A stretch of 64,000 nt of DNA, taken from assembly GCA_963977015.1 (NCBI GenBank), contig CAXBMO010000030.1, positions 16,387 through 80,386 of the forward strand. Reading direction: 5' to 3'. The position numbers and the translations under genes are program-made. Shown in pieces: positions 9,846 to 18,644 of the stretch; position 1 is the stretch's first letter; every line of letters starts with the position of its first letter. The DNA is from an uncultured bacterium. GTDB taxonomy: Bacteria > Verrucomicrobiota > Verrucomicrobiia > Verrucomicrobiales > DEV007. Under the pieces are notes generated by a model. The model worked only from the letters and a program-made list of their open reading frames with translations, had not been told where the DNA came from and ran no database searches.

Positions 9846-11608
9846 CGGCGAATCACTTGGTTGGGGCCTGACGGGCCCACTTTTTTGAGGTTGTCGCAAT
9901 TGGCAAGATCCAGAAATCGCAATTTGGGGTGATTGGCGAGTCCGTCGACCTCCTCCACGATTTCGGAATCCAAATCGAGGAACTCCAGATTTCTGAGAGG
10001 CGCCAAGTCCATGGTCCGGAAGCCGAGTCCACGTGCCTCAAGCCAGCGCAGGCGAGGGAAACTGGTCAGATCCTTGGACGTCGATTCGTCCACAGCATCG
10101 GGGGTGAAACTTTTTTCGAAGAAGGAAAGCTCCATCGCTTCGATGCTGTCGCGATTGCCGAATCGGCAAATCGTGCGCCAATTGTCCTCCTTAATGCCCC
10201 CTGCATTGAAGTATTTTAGTTCCTTGGGAGAACCGTAGCTGCGTAAAATGCCTTGGTCGTCTTGAATTGACAGCGTGAAATCCAGTTCAACGGCTCGAAG
10301 CTTCGGAAAGTGGGTTCCAGAAACCGGTTTGGAAATTCTCAGGATTTCCAGATTCGCGAGCGCTCCGCTTTTAGCCCACGTCGTAAAATCTTCCTCCGAT
10401 AAACCTCTTTCCTCCAGCAATTGAAGCTGATTGAGATTCGCGAATTCTTTCACTCCAGGATCGTTTTGAGGCCGCAGATCAGATAGCATCGTCAATGATC
10501 GGAGGTGCTGGAGCGAGCCGATTTCTGCCGGATCGACAATGATCCGAGCCAGATCGAGCCGCTCCAGGTTGCTGTTTTTGCTGAGACCGGTCCATTGAAC
10601 CGGTGCCGGATTTCTTGCCGCCATTTGGAGAATCCGTAAGTTCGTGAGCTTCGACAAAGCGAGTTGCAGATCTGCCGTAAGTTCAAAGCCCGAAAGAGAC
10701 AGATCCCGGACAGGAGGCAAGTCGGTAATCGGGATCGGTCCGGAATCTCGAGCGCCGCTGGCGCTGATCTTGAGCGCTTCGAGCGTGGTAAGGGCCGAGA
10801 GCGCCGACACCGTATCAATGGTGATGTCTGCATAAAGGGCTAAGGGCTTGTGCGTCGCGATAGCTTTCAGTCGTTCTGCATCAGGGGCCGAATCGAGAAA
10901 AAAAGCAACCGGCTTACCGCCGACTGGAGGCAGCGTGCTCAGTTCGACCCGATTGTCCCAGTTAAAGCAGACCGAGGCTCCAAACGGATGCGAGTTAGCT
11001 TTCAACGCTGCCTCGAAGCTATTCCCACGCTGTTGGTCATCACGGAAGATTCCAACAATCTCAGCAGGTCCCCCGTCTCTCGAGACCAGGAGGAACGGGC
11101 CGTCGGTTGAGAGCTTCCAGTGGGCTGCGCCATTGAAGCGGACGATGTGCTTGTGATAGGTTGACCCAGCGCGAACCTGCAAAATTACCCAGCCTCCAAT
11201 TGGCAGCAGCATCTCGGAAGTGGTGGCTCCGGTGGGGAACGATGCTGTCATTCGATTTGCGCCAATGTATTCCACCATTTCGGAGACGCTTGGTGGAGAG
11301 GGATGCTCGACGACCAAGGGTTGCCAAGGAGCACCCGGCGTAGTGGAGGCAGCGGGAGTTGTCGATTTCTGGCTTTTGATCCAGGCTTGATCCGCCGCGC
11401 TGAGACTAGCGAGTGGAAGCGTGAAGGTCTTTCCATCCGAGATGCGCCGAATCCTGACACTCGCCCCCTGCAACCCGAGAAATTCGGCTTTCAACTCGAC
11501 GCCTTTGGAATTGCGGAAGGTCCGGACTTCGGAGAACGCCGTTTGATTCATGATTGCGGCGATTACAAAAAGGACAGCTAAAACGATACGTAAGTGGGGT
11601 GACTTCAT
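9842..11608 (-). CDS. Secreted SHD1-domain plus leucine-rich-repeat protein
   Basis: Signal peptide from ATG 11608; SHD1 motif RTFRNSKGVELKAEFLG...LPLASLSAADQAWI; multiple LxxLxLxx repeats. Confidence 0.8.
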   Translation of the reverse strand: MKSPHLRIVLAVLFVIAAIMNQTAFSEVRTFRNSKGVELKAEFLGLQGASVRIRRISDGKTFTLPLASLSAADQAWIKSQKSTTPAASTTPGAPWQPLVVEHPSPPSVSEMVEYIGANRMTASFPTGATTSEMLLPIGGWVILQVRAGSTYHKHIVRFNGAAHWKLSTDGPFLLVSRDGGPAEIVGIFRDDQQRGNSFEAALKANSHPFGASVCFNWDNRVELSTLPPVGGKPVAFFLDSAPDAERLKAIATHKPLALYADITIDTVSALSALTTLEALKISASGARDSGPIPITDLPPVRDLSLSGFELTADLQLALSKLTNLRILQMAARNPAPVQWTGLSKNSNLERLDLARIIVDPAEIGSLQHLRSLTMLSDLRPQNDPGVKEFANLNQLQLLEERGLSEEDFTTWAKSGALANLEILRISKPVSGTHFPKLRAVELDFTLSIQDDQGILRSYGSPKELKYFNAGGIKEDNWRTICRFGNRDSIEAMELSFFEKSFTPDAVDESTSKDLTSFPRLRWLEARGLGFRTMDLAPLRNLEFLDLDSEIVEEVDGLANHPKLRFLDLANCDNLKKVGPSGPNQVIRR

Positions 11609-11680
11609 AACATGGTTGGGTTGACGAAGGTAAGTAGCGGTTCCGGGACGCGAGGTAACGCTTTGCGGCACAAGAAAAGA

Positions 11681-12589
11681 CTATTTCGCCAGATCGCGAG
11701 CGAGTTGCTGGCTCTCCGCGGATAGGTTTTCGAGCGAAATCTCCACCGCCCGGTTAGTGGATTTTAACAGCATTTTGACCTTTCCTTCGTTCAGCCCCAA
11801 AAACCGCCCCTGAATCGTTTTGGAACCATCCGCACTTTTCCACGGATGGAATTTTCGGAGTTCCGGCCTCAACTCCGCCTGAATGATCTCCAGGTCGTAT
11901 TCGCGCATCCTGTTGGCTCCCACTCTTTCCGTCACCCCCCATCGCAAACTCGCATGGGCGATGCGGCAAATCTCTCCGATAGCACCTGCCGCGTCTGTGG
12001 GTGCGACGGTGAAATCATAGCGCTGGGCAAAGGCGAATTTGTCACGGAGATGACTGACGCGATAAGATACTCCGTCGCGCTCGGGATCCTCGCGCTTGAC
12101 CATCTTGGACCAAGCCTCCACGGCCTCCAGGAATTCGGTGTCGCGAAGGCGGATTTCCGGCAGTTGGATGCTCCTGGCTTTAGCTTCGCCGGGCGGCAAG
12201 ACTCTGTCATCGATATCAACGTAGGAATCATTCCATTCGGCGGCTAGCATGGCCTTGGTGGTCTGAGCGTTGAACTCCTCGATGATTTTTTCCAGCGCAT
12301 CGTAAGCCGTGACGTTTTTGAGACTGAGGGTGAGCCGAGCGTCGTCAAAATGGTAGGAGATACTTTTGCGCTGTGAATAAACTCCGTAGCCTTTGGGATC
12401 GGCGGCTTTGGCCGCCTGCTTCCAGCGTTCAATCGCTTCTTCAACCGTTGCCTGGTTGAGTTGGAACGTAGTGAAGGTCAGGGATTTCCCTTTGGGAGGG
12501 CGTGGAGAACGCTGTTTGCTGGTTGTTTGTCCAAATGAGGCGCTCAACAGCGCAATCCAAATCATCCATAATAGAGTCCTGCCTTTCAT
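11681..12589 (-). CDS. Secreted protein with two STN-like segments and a C-terminal SHD1 domain
   Basis: Signal peptide; LTLSLKNVTAYDAL and LPEIRLRDTEFLEAV segments; SHD1 WKSADGSKTIQGRFLG...ISLENLSAESQQL. Confidence 0.7.
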   Translation of the reverse strand: MKGRTLLWMIWIALLSASFGQTTSKQRSPRPPKGKSLTFTTFQLNQATVEEAIERWKQAAKAADPKGYGVYSQRKSISYHFDDARLTLSLKNVTAYDALEKIIEEFNAQTTKAMLAAEWNDSYVDIDDRVLPPGEAKARSIQLPEIRLRDTEFLEAVEAWSKMVKREDPERDGVSYRVSHLRDKFAFAQRYDFTVAPTDAAGAIGEICRIAHASLRWGVTERVGANRMREYDLEIIQAELRPELRKFHPWKSADGSKTIQGRFLGLNEGKVKMLLKSTNRAVEISLENLSAESQQLARDLAK

Positions 12590-12681
12590 GATCGAAGGAT
12601 ATTCTCCCGGAAAAAACTTTTCGAGCATAAACTGCATCTTTGGCTTGTTCCGGAACGGCCTGCCATCAAAACTCAGTCCCT

Positions 12682-13404
12682 ATGGAGAAACCGAGTTTCT
12701 TTCCACAAACGCGATGGTCCTTGGTGCGTCAGGTCCAACAGGCTAACCCTGCCGAGCGCGAACATGCCCTTGAAGAACTTTGCCGGATTTACTGGAAGCC
12801 GCTCTACCGTTTTGCGCGCTCCCGGGGCCATTCCAAAGAAGATGCAGAAGATCAGGTCCAGGGATTTCTCGCCAACCTGCTAAAATACAACTCCTGGGCC
12901 ACCGTCGATGAGTCGAAAGGACGATTGCGGGCGTTTCTCTACCGCAGTTTTGAAAATCATCTCCGGAACTGCTGGCGCAAGGGCCAGGCTATTAAGAACG
13001 GGGGAGGCGTAAAATTACTATCCTTGGATTTCGACGATGCAGAATCCCTTTTGCCGATTGCCCATCCGGCCGAGGACTCCGCCAACCTCAGCTTTGATCG
13101 GCATTGGGCCGCCGCACTGGTTCAACAGGCCGTGAATAGAATTGAGGAGGAGTTTGACGAAAAGAAAACACGTCTCTTGGCTGCTTTGCGTCCCCATTTC
13201 GTCCCTGGAATCGGAGGAGGGAAACCCTACGCGGAAATTGCCGTCGAATTGAACCAAAGTGAGGCCTCCATCAAGATGGCGGTGAAACGCTTGCGGGAAA
13301 AACTGCGAAACCGGCTGGAGGGTGCAGTGATGGAAACGGTTGATAGCCAGGAAGCCGCCGAGGAAGAATTGCGCTACCTGTTCGACCTGCTCAATCTGGA
13401 GTGA
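12682..13404 (+). CDS. ECF sigma-70 factor of the PVC kinase-associated type
   Basis: FPQTRWSLV N-terminus, YWKPLYRFAR, DAEDQVQGFL, KGRLRAFL, region 4 YAEIAVELNQSEASIKMAVKRLR. Confidence 0.9.
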   Translation: MEKPSFFPQTRWSLVRQVQQANPAEREHALEELCRIYWKPLYRFARSRGHSKEDAEDQVQGFLANLLKYNSWATVDESKGRLRAFLYRSFENHLRNCWRKGQAIKNGGGVKLLSLDFDDAESLLPIAHPAEDSANLSFDRHWAAALVQQAVNRIEEEFDEKKTRLLAALRPHFVPGIGGGKPYAEIAVELNQSEASIKMAVKRLREKLRNRLEGAVMETVDSQEAAEEELRYLFDLLNLE

Positions 13405-13516
13405 GGCTGCTTCCAAGTGGAAGACCGCATAACGGATATCTTGCCTGCGATTCCCAGGAAGCGGTTTCTTTCCGTTTGTCGATAGCGAATTGAATTGGGC
13501 GTCGCAATCGTGATTT

Positions 13517-13569
13517 GATCTTCGCGCGGAAAATCGAGACTCAGCCGATCCATTCCGGAATCGGCCTGA
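13517..13569 (-). repeat. Short DUF1501 3'-end copy (copy 2), including 24 nt downstream of the stop
   Basis: GATCTTCGCGCGGAAAATCGAGACTCAGCCGATCCATTCCGGAATCGGCCTGA matches 3255-3307 and, from the stop codon on, 15915-15943; encodes RPIPEWIG*. Confidence 0.85.
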
Positions 13570-13961
13570 GCCACTCCGACATCGATGTGCTGGAAAAAGC
13601 TAGCCAAGCCCTCCTTGCCGAGATGAACCGGTTCGAAACCGCGCGCGACGTCAGTGACGATTACAACAAGGGCAAATCCCAGCTCGACTTCACCCTGCTG
13701 CCGGAAGGCCGCGCCCTCGGACTCACCAGTGCCGAAGTCGGCCAGCAAGTGCGCGACGCTTTCTACGGTGCGCTGGCCCTGCGCCAATTGCGCGGCACCA
13801 ACGAAGTCGAAGTTCGGGTCAAACTGCCGCTCGCCGAACGCCAGGACATCCATCACCTCGAAGAACTCGTCATCTTGACCCCGGCGGGAACCGAAGTCCC
13901 CCTGCTCGACGTCCTTCAGGTCGAACGCGGCGAAGCCTTCACCACCATCAACCGCAATGGC
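13566..13961 (+). pseudogene. Internal fragment of an AcrB/AcrD/AcrF-family RND transporter
   Basis: [41 protein letters not shown]...EVEVRVKLP...VPLLDV...TTINRNG is a periplasmic segment of RND permeases; about 130 aa with no native start or TMs. Confidence 0.85.
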
Positions 13962-14000
13962 AACCTGTACCAAAAAGCAAAAAACTATCGACAGACCACC

Positions 14001-14597
14001 TCAGATGTTCGATTCGCCGACGTTTTCGAGGTCTGCTGGAGGCTGCGTGGGTTTTGCAATCGCAGCTCGAAGTTCCTTGCGATACCGGCGTTCTATGAAC
14101 ATGCGTGGAGGGCGACTCGTCAACCCATCGTTGCTTTCACGTTTCCAATTCTGAAAAAGTAGATGTTGTTCATGAGCGATGGCAGTCTCGAGCTGCTCCA
14201 GAAACTTATCAAAAAGATCATCGCTCTTCCTTACCTTGAAATAGACGGTTCTTTCATTCAAAAGCGCGGCCTCCCCTTTTCTTAGTTCGAACGACTCAAC
14301 TTTTGCGTCGAGGGTGAATCGGAATCCCTTAATGAACGGCGAGTAGACCTTGAGGTTCGTCTTAATTCGATATGTGTGCTTAGGAAGAATAAGATACGCA
14401 AACCAAATGGTGAATGGAATTAGAATGATCCCAGTGATTAGTAGTGTTAGGAAGAACTTGGGGAAGAATGGTACCTTTAAGAAGAAAGATGTAATGAATC
14501 CAGCGAGTGCGATGATTGCTATTACGCCTAGGAAAATAGTCGCATTCTTTGCGAACGGAGAAATTTTGAAAATTGCCTGAAGGATCTTCGTAGTCAT
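14001..14597 (-). CDS. Hypothetical 2-TM membrane protein, probable second gene cassette
   Basis: AT-rich ORF with two hydrophobic helices, starting about 35 nt after the attC R' site. Confidence 0.6.
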   Translation of the reverse strand: MTTKILQAIFKISPFAKNATIFLGVIAIIALAGFITSFFLKVPFFPKFFLTLLITGIILIPFTIWFAYLILPKHTYRIKTNLKVYSPFIKGFRFTLDAKVESFELRKGEAALLNERTVYFKVRKSDDLFDKFLEQLETAIAHEQHLLFQNWKRESNDGLTSRPPRMFIERRYRKELRAAIAKPTQPPADLENVGESNI

Positions 14598-14631
14598 TTA
14601 GGACGTATTGTTCTTGGTTTCCTCATATTCT

Positions 14632-14758
14632 GGCGAACGTCCGAGCGCTGGCACCCGCTACGGGTTGCGCAGCGTCGCAACAGGGTTAAGAATTCGAGTA
14701 AAGAGGGTCATGTCGACTCGCCAGCGGTAGCGGGTTGCTCAGCCGCGTCTTGTTCGAT
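14632..14758 (-). mobile_element. Integron attC recombination site (127 bp)
   Basis: R'' ATCGAAC (14758-14752) and R' GTTCGCC (14638-14632); arms GCGGCTGAGCAACCCGCTAC / GTAGCGGGTGCCAGCGC pair with unpaired extra bases; overlaps the 3' end of the DUF2971 ORF. Confidence 0.8.
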
Positions 14759-15559
14759 CTCGTTGGTTATGATTCGGAAGTCCGTTGGATGACGCTCCGC
14801 CTGCAGAATTTTAGCGTGAGGATAGTCGTCTTTCGCAATTTCAATGATCTCACGACGGAGTTCCTCCGGGGCACGGCATCCGATGACGACCTCACGGACT
14901 GCCTCTGGAGGAAACTCTAGAAAATGCATCTTTCTGCCCTTGATTTCACGTTCAGTGCAGACCTGCCATGCGATGATAATTCTGTATTCATCCTCGTATG
15001 ACCACTCCGGTGACTTCGTTTTCATTACTCGCCGGTATGGATCATCTGGATCGGCATTGAATAATGGATGATATTCGCCTCTCTCCGTGGAATAGATCAC
15101 ACGGTGCAAAACGTCTTCGAAGTGATCTGAGTCAAATCCGATCGCGATACCCCTGTGGTTGTCAGCGTAGTGTGACCATAAAAGGATGTTTTCCCGGCCA
15201 CCGCAAAAGCAACATACTCCTAAGCGCTTTCCGGCGGCATCATAAAATCGTTCAGGGCTCGCCGCGCCGTGGCCTGTATACGTTGAGAAGATGGTATCGA
15301 CCCAGCTCTCTTCATCCTTACGAATCTCTTCCTTAAAGGCGTCGAAATCGAGTAGGCACCCATTCGAAACTTGGATCTCATAAAAATTCTGCAGAAAGCT
15401 AGGATTGTTGAGCTTGATTCTCGCATGCTCCCGATTCACATTAGCCATTCGCGGGAAAAACTCAAACGGGTCATTGAACTCGGAAGGCTGTGAAATCTTA
15501 AACTCTCGCTTTTGGAGCGTCGCGGGGCCAAATCCACCCGTGTATTTGTAGATTATCAT
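14708..15559 (-). CDS. DUF2971 domain-containing protein (gene cassette)
   Basis: IYKY, SQPSEFNDPFE, ILLWSHYADNHRGIAIGF, KSPEWSYEDEYRII, EVVIGCR. Confidence 0.88.
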   Translation of the reverse strand: MIIYKYTGGFGPATLQKREFKISQPSEFNDPFEFFPRMANVNREHARIKLNNPSFLQNFYEIQVSNGCLLDFDAFKEEIRKDEESWVDTIFSTYTGHGAASPERFYDAAGKRLGVCCFCGGRENILLWSHYADNHRGIAIGFDSDHFEDVLHRVIYSTERGEYHPLFNADPDDPYRRVMKTKSPEWSYEDEYRIIIAWQVCTEREIKGRKMHFLEFPPEAVREVVIGCRAPEELRREIIEIAKDDYPHAKILQAERHPTDFRIITNEIEQDAAEQPATAGEST

Positions 15560-15563
15560 TTGG

Positions 15564-15602
15564 ATCGAACTGTGGATATCCTGCAGAATTGCAGGAATAT
15601 CC
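15564..15602 (-). mobile_element. attI-like (or attG-like) cassette insertion site
   Basis: Minus strand GGATATTCCTGCAATTCTGCAGGATATCCACAG|TTCGAT; GTTCGAT is the exact complement of the cassette R'' ATCGAAC; imperfect palindrome just upstream. Confidence 0.55.
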
Positions 15603-15718
15603 TTTTATAGTCAACATTCTTGCAGGGAGAATTGTGTATTAGGACGGGGAGGAATGCCGGGCATAGCGGTGGGTGAATTTTCCATGATTGCCTTGGCTTA
15701 CTGCCGCCTTTGGTGGGA

Positions 15719-15747
15719 ATGCTAGTGCGACGAATGGGGAGTGTCAA
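15719..15747 (-). promoter_or_regulatory. Pc-like sigma70 promoter facing the cassettes
   Basis: TTGACA (15747-15742), 17-nt spacer, TAGCAT (15724-15719). Confidence 0.65.
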
Positions 15748-15914
15748 GCTTTTGGAGGCGTGGCGGTTTCGCGGGTTGAGGCTTAGGAATTCGGATAGAT
15801 TTTCCGGAATTCGCCCTGCGAGGTTGTCAAGATATCACGGGAACCTGGGACGATCGGAAAAACGATTTTACCATGCGCCCCGGAAGAGGCGCCAGAAGCA
15901 GGATCCTGACGCGC

Positions 15915-17282
15915 TCAGCCGATCAATTCCGGAATCGGCTTGATCCCGGAATCCACGAGATAGTGTGGGCGGCCGCGCGCGTCCTCAATCGTGGTCCGGA
16001 CCGGATCGATGCCGATACAATGATAGAGGGTGGCGAAGACCTCTTGAAACTTGACGGGTCGTTCCGTGGGCGCGGTTCCATGCTTGTCGGTCGCGCCGAT
16101 GACCTGACCGGTGTTCATCCCGCCGCCCGCCATCAGAGCAAAACTCGCTCTGGGCCAATGATCGCGGCTGTTGAGCTTGTTCAGTTTCGGGGTGCGGCCG
16201 AATTCGCCCCAAACGACGACGGCGACATCGCGGTCGAGCCCGCGCAAATGAAGATCTTCCAGCATCGCGGCCAAGCCTTGGTCCAGCATCGGGAAATCTT
16301 CGCGTGCCCGTTTGAAATTGAAGAGGTCGGCGGTGCCATGCCAATCCCAGCGACTGAAGTTCAGGCTGACAACTCGGGCGCCGGCTTCGACCAATCGCAG
16401 CGCGACCAGAAAGTTGCGAATCATCTTGGGCGGACCGTCGTAAGTGTAAATCGGATCATCCACGCCGTAGCGCGCCACGACCTTGGGATCTTCCTTGGAA
16501 AGATCGAGCGCGTCGGTGAGTTTGGAACCTGTCAGGATGTCGAGCGCTTGTTGGTGATAGACGTTGAGGCCATCGCCTTCTCCCACCGCATCCGCGTCGC
16601 GCTGAAACGTGTTGAGGGCGTCTCGCAAGCGAGTCCGATCGTCGAGGCGATCCAGCGTGATGCCCCGCAGGCCGATGTCTTGAGGTTTCGAGAGTGGATC
16701 GCGTTCCACCAGATTCATCGGTTTGTGGGCGGGGCCGACAAACCCTCCACCGTAGGGTTCGCCCCAGTTCCCGCCTTTGCTGGGATACATCATCGCGAGA
16801 TTGGCTGGAACTCCTGCATTGGAACCGGCCACTTTGGAGACCCAGGCCCCAAAATTGGGCCAACCTCCGGGAGGCGCCGCCGGATCCAGCTTTCGCCGGC
16901 CCGTCATGCATTGATGAGGATCGTGCCGGCCTTCGCTGTCGGCGATGGAACGGATGATGGCGAATTTGTCGGCGCATTTGGCGAGGTTGGGGAACAACTC
17001 GCAGAATTCCATCCCGGGCACGTTGCTCTTGATCGGTTGGAATTCGCCCCGGATTTCGCGCGGAGCCCCCGGCTTCATGTCGAACATGTCGAGGTGGGGA
17101 GGACCGCCCGGCAAAAAGATATTGATGATGGCCTTGTGAGAGCTTCCGACGTTCTGCCTGGCCTCGGCAGCGAGGAGTTGAGGGAGCGAAAGCCCGCCCG
17201 CAGCCATGCCGCCGATATTGAGAAAATGCCGTCGTGGAGCTCTTCCTCGGCGCGAGTTGGGTTTGTCGAAAAGCGTGATCAT
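15915..17282 (-). CDS. DUF1501 domain-containing protein
   Basis: Tat-like RRHFL leader, IFLPGGPPHLDMFDMKP, WDWHG, VWGEFGRTPK, RDHWP; true start ATG 17282. Confidence 0.93.
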   Translation of the reverse strand: MITLFDKPNSRRGRAPRRHFLNIGGMAAGGLSLPQLLAAEARQNVGSSHKAIINIFLPGGPPHLDMFDMKPGAPREIRGEFQPIKSNVPGMEFCELFPNLAKCADKFAIIRSIADSEGRHDPHQCMTGRRKLDPAAPPGGWPNFGAWVSKVAGSNAGVPANLAMMYPSKGGNWGEPYGGGFVGPAHKPMNLVERDPLSKPQDIGLRGITLDRLDDRTRLRDALNTFQRDADAVGEGDGLNVYHQQALDILTGSKLTDALDLSKEDPKVVARYGVDDPIYTYDGPPKMIRNFLVALRLVEAGARVVSLNFSRWDWHGTADLFNFKRAREDFPMLDQGLAAMLEDLHLRGLDRDVAVVVWGEFGRTPKLNKLNSRDHWPRASFALMAGGGMNTGQVIGATDKHGTAPTERPVKFQEVFATLYHCIGIDPVRTTIEDARGRPHYLVDSGIKPIPELIG

Positions 17283-17402
17283 GACAGGGTGCCTGTTCCT
17301 TACACGTTCCCAGGCGACGGATTGTTTCGACCGTGGGGAGCCTATTCTTTTTCCGTATCGCGAGGACTCGACTTCAGAGTCTGTCTCCTCCAAGATTTCA
17401 GG

Positions 17403-18581
17403 ATGAAAATTCGAACCTGGATCACGGTGAGTTTTGGCTTGGTCAGTCTTTCCATCGCGTCCCTCAACGCAGCCCCGGTTTCCGTGAACGACCGCGCCGG
17501 CTTGATTACTGCGGCTCAATCGGCGATTCCGGGAACCGTCATTCGCTTGGAGGCCGGGAACTATGCCGGAGGAGTGCAGATCCGGGCGGTAAACGGGACC
17601 GAATCGGCGCCGATCGTCATCGAGGCCGCAGATCCGGAAAACCCGCCCTTGTTCTCGGCCAACCTTGGCGGCAACACAGCCATTCAACTTTCGGGGTGTT
17701 CTCACATCATCCTGCGAAACCTGCGCGTCACCGGTTTTCCGGCGAATGGCATCAATGCGGATGACGGCGGGGATCGTGAACGCCCGTCCCGCGGTTTGCG
17801 GTTCGAGAACCTCGCCATCGAGAACACCGGTCCACGCGGAAATCACGACGCGCTCAAGTTGTCCGGCCTTGCCGAATTTGCAGTGTCGCAGTGTTCCTTT
17901 CGAGGCTGGGGCGGTTTCGCCATCGACATGGTTGGCTGTCACGACGGCGCGATCGAGCATTGCCAATTCCGGGGCCGCGAAGGCTTCTCGCAATCCAACG
18001 CCGTTCAGATCAAGGGAGGCTCGTCGCGAATCCAGGTTTTGCGGTCCTACTTTCAGAACGCCGGGCACCGTTCCGTCAATCTCGGGGGCAGCACCGGATT
18101 GCCCTACTTTCGTCCGCCGGATGCGACATGGGAGGCGCGAGATGTCGAGATCGCCGGAAACCGTTTCGTCGGAAGCATGGCGCCGATTGCCTGGGTTGGT
18201 TGCGACAACGGGCACGTTCATCGCAACACCATTTACCTGCCCGAAAAGTGGGTCGTCCGTATTCTGCAGGAGAACGTCGACCCCCGGTTTGGTCATTGCC
18301 GAGCCGGAACCTTTGAGCACAATCTGATCGTGTTCGATCGACGCGTTCGGGTCTTCGCCAATGTGGGCGGCAACACCCAACTCGACACATTTCTCGTTCG
18401 CCACAACGCCTGGTTCTGTCTCGATCAACCGCATCGACGGCCAACCGGATTGCCCGGTGAGCCGGTTGATGAGATCACTGGGACGAATCCGGAGTTGAGC
18501 GATCCTGGCCAGCCCACCATGCAGATCGGGAACCCGGCTCTTGCCGATGTCGGGGCCGACGCCTATGCCGATTCCGAATAG
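17403..18581 (+). CDS. Secreted right-handed parallel beta-helix protein
   Basis: Signal peptide from ATG 17403; PGTVIRLEAGNY, GINADDGG, DALKLSG, IDMVGCH, VQIKGG repeats. Confidence 0.85.
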   Translation: MKIRTWITVSFGLVSLSIASLNAAPVSVNDRAGLITAAQSAIPGTVIRLEAGNYAGGVQIRAVNGTESAPIVIEAADPENPPLFSANLGGNTAIQLSGCSHIILRNLRVTGFPANGINADDGGDRERPSRGLRFENLAIENTGPRGNHDALKLSGLAEFAVSQCSFRGWGGFAIDMVGCHDGAIEHCQFRGREGFSQSNAVQIKGGSSRIQVLRSYFQNAGHRSVNLGGSTGLPYFRPPDATWEARDVEIAGNRFVGSMAPIAWVGCDNGHVHRNTIYLPEKWVVRILQENVDPRFGHCRAGTFEHNLIVFDRRVRVFANVGGNTQLDTFLVRHNAWFCLDQPHRRPTGLPGEPVDEITGTNPELSDPGQPTMQIGNPALADVGADAYADSE

Positions 18582-18644
18582 GGCTCGCTCCAATCTTCCA
18601 AAATTGTGGCTGGAAATTGCGGCGGATCTCCCCAACATCCTCCT

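Noticed and set aside
14000-14180. Second attC after the 2-TM cassette gene (ATGAACA...TGTTCAT; GGCGAAT)
   Set aside because: No paired L-box stem and no exact GGCGAAC R''; at best degraded
3450-15914. Integrase or transposase for the putative island
   Set aside because: No tyrosine or serine recombinase, DDE or HUH motifs in any ORF of the interval
15873-18638. Two fully overlapping ORFs of about 900 aa on opposite strands
   Set aside because: Each is a real gene (17403-18581 + or 15915-17282 -) extended by the antisense shadow of the other across a short stop-free spacer; both real genes have their own export-signal starts
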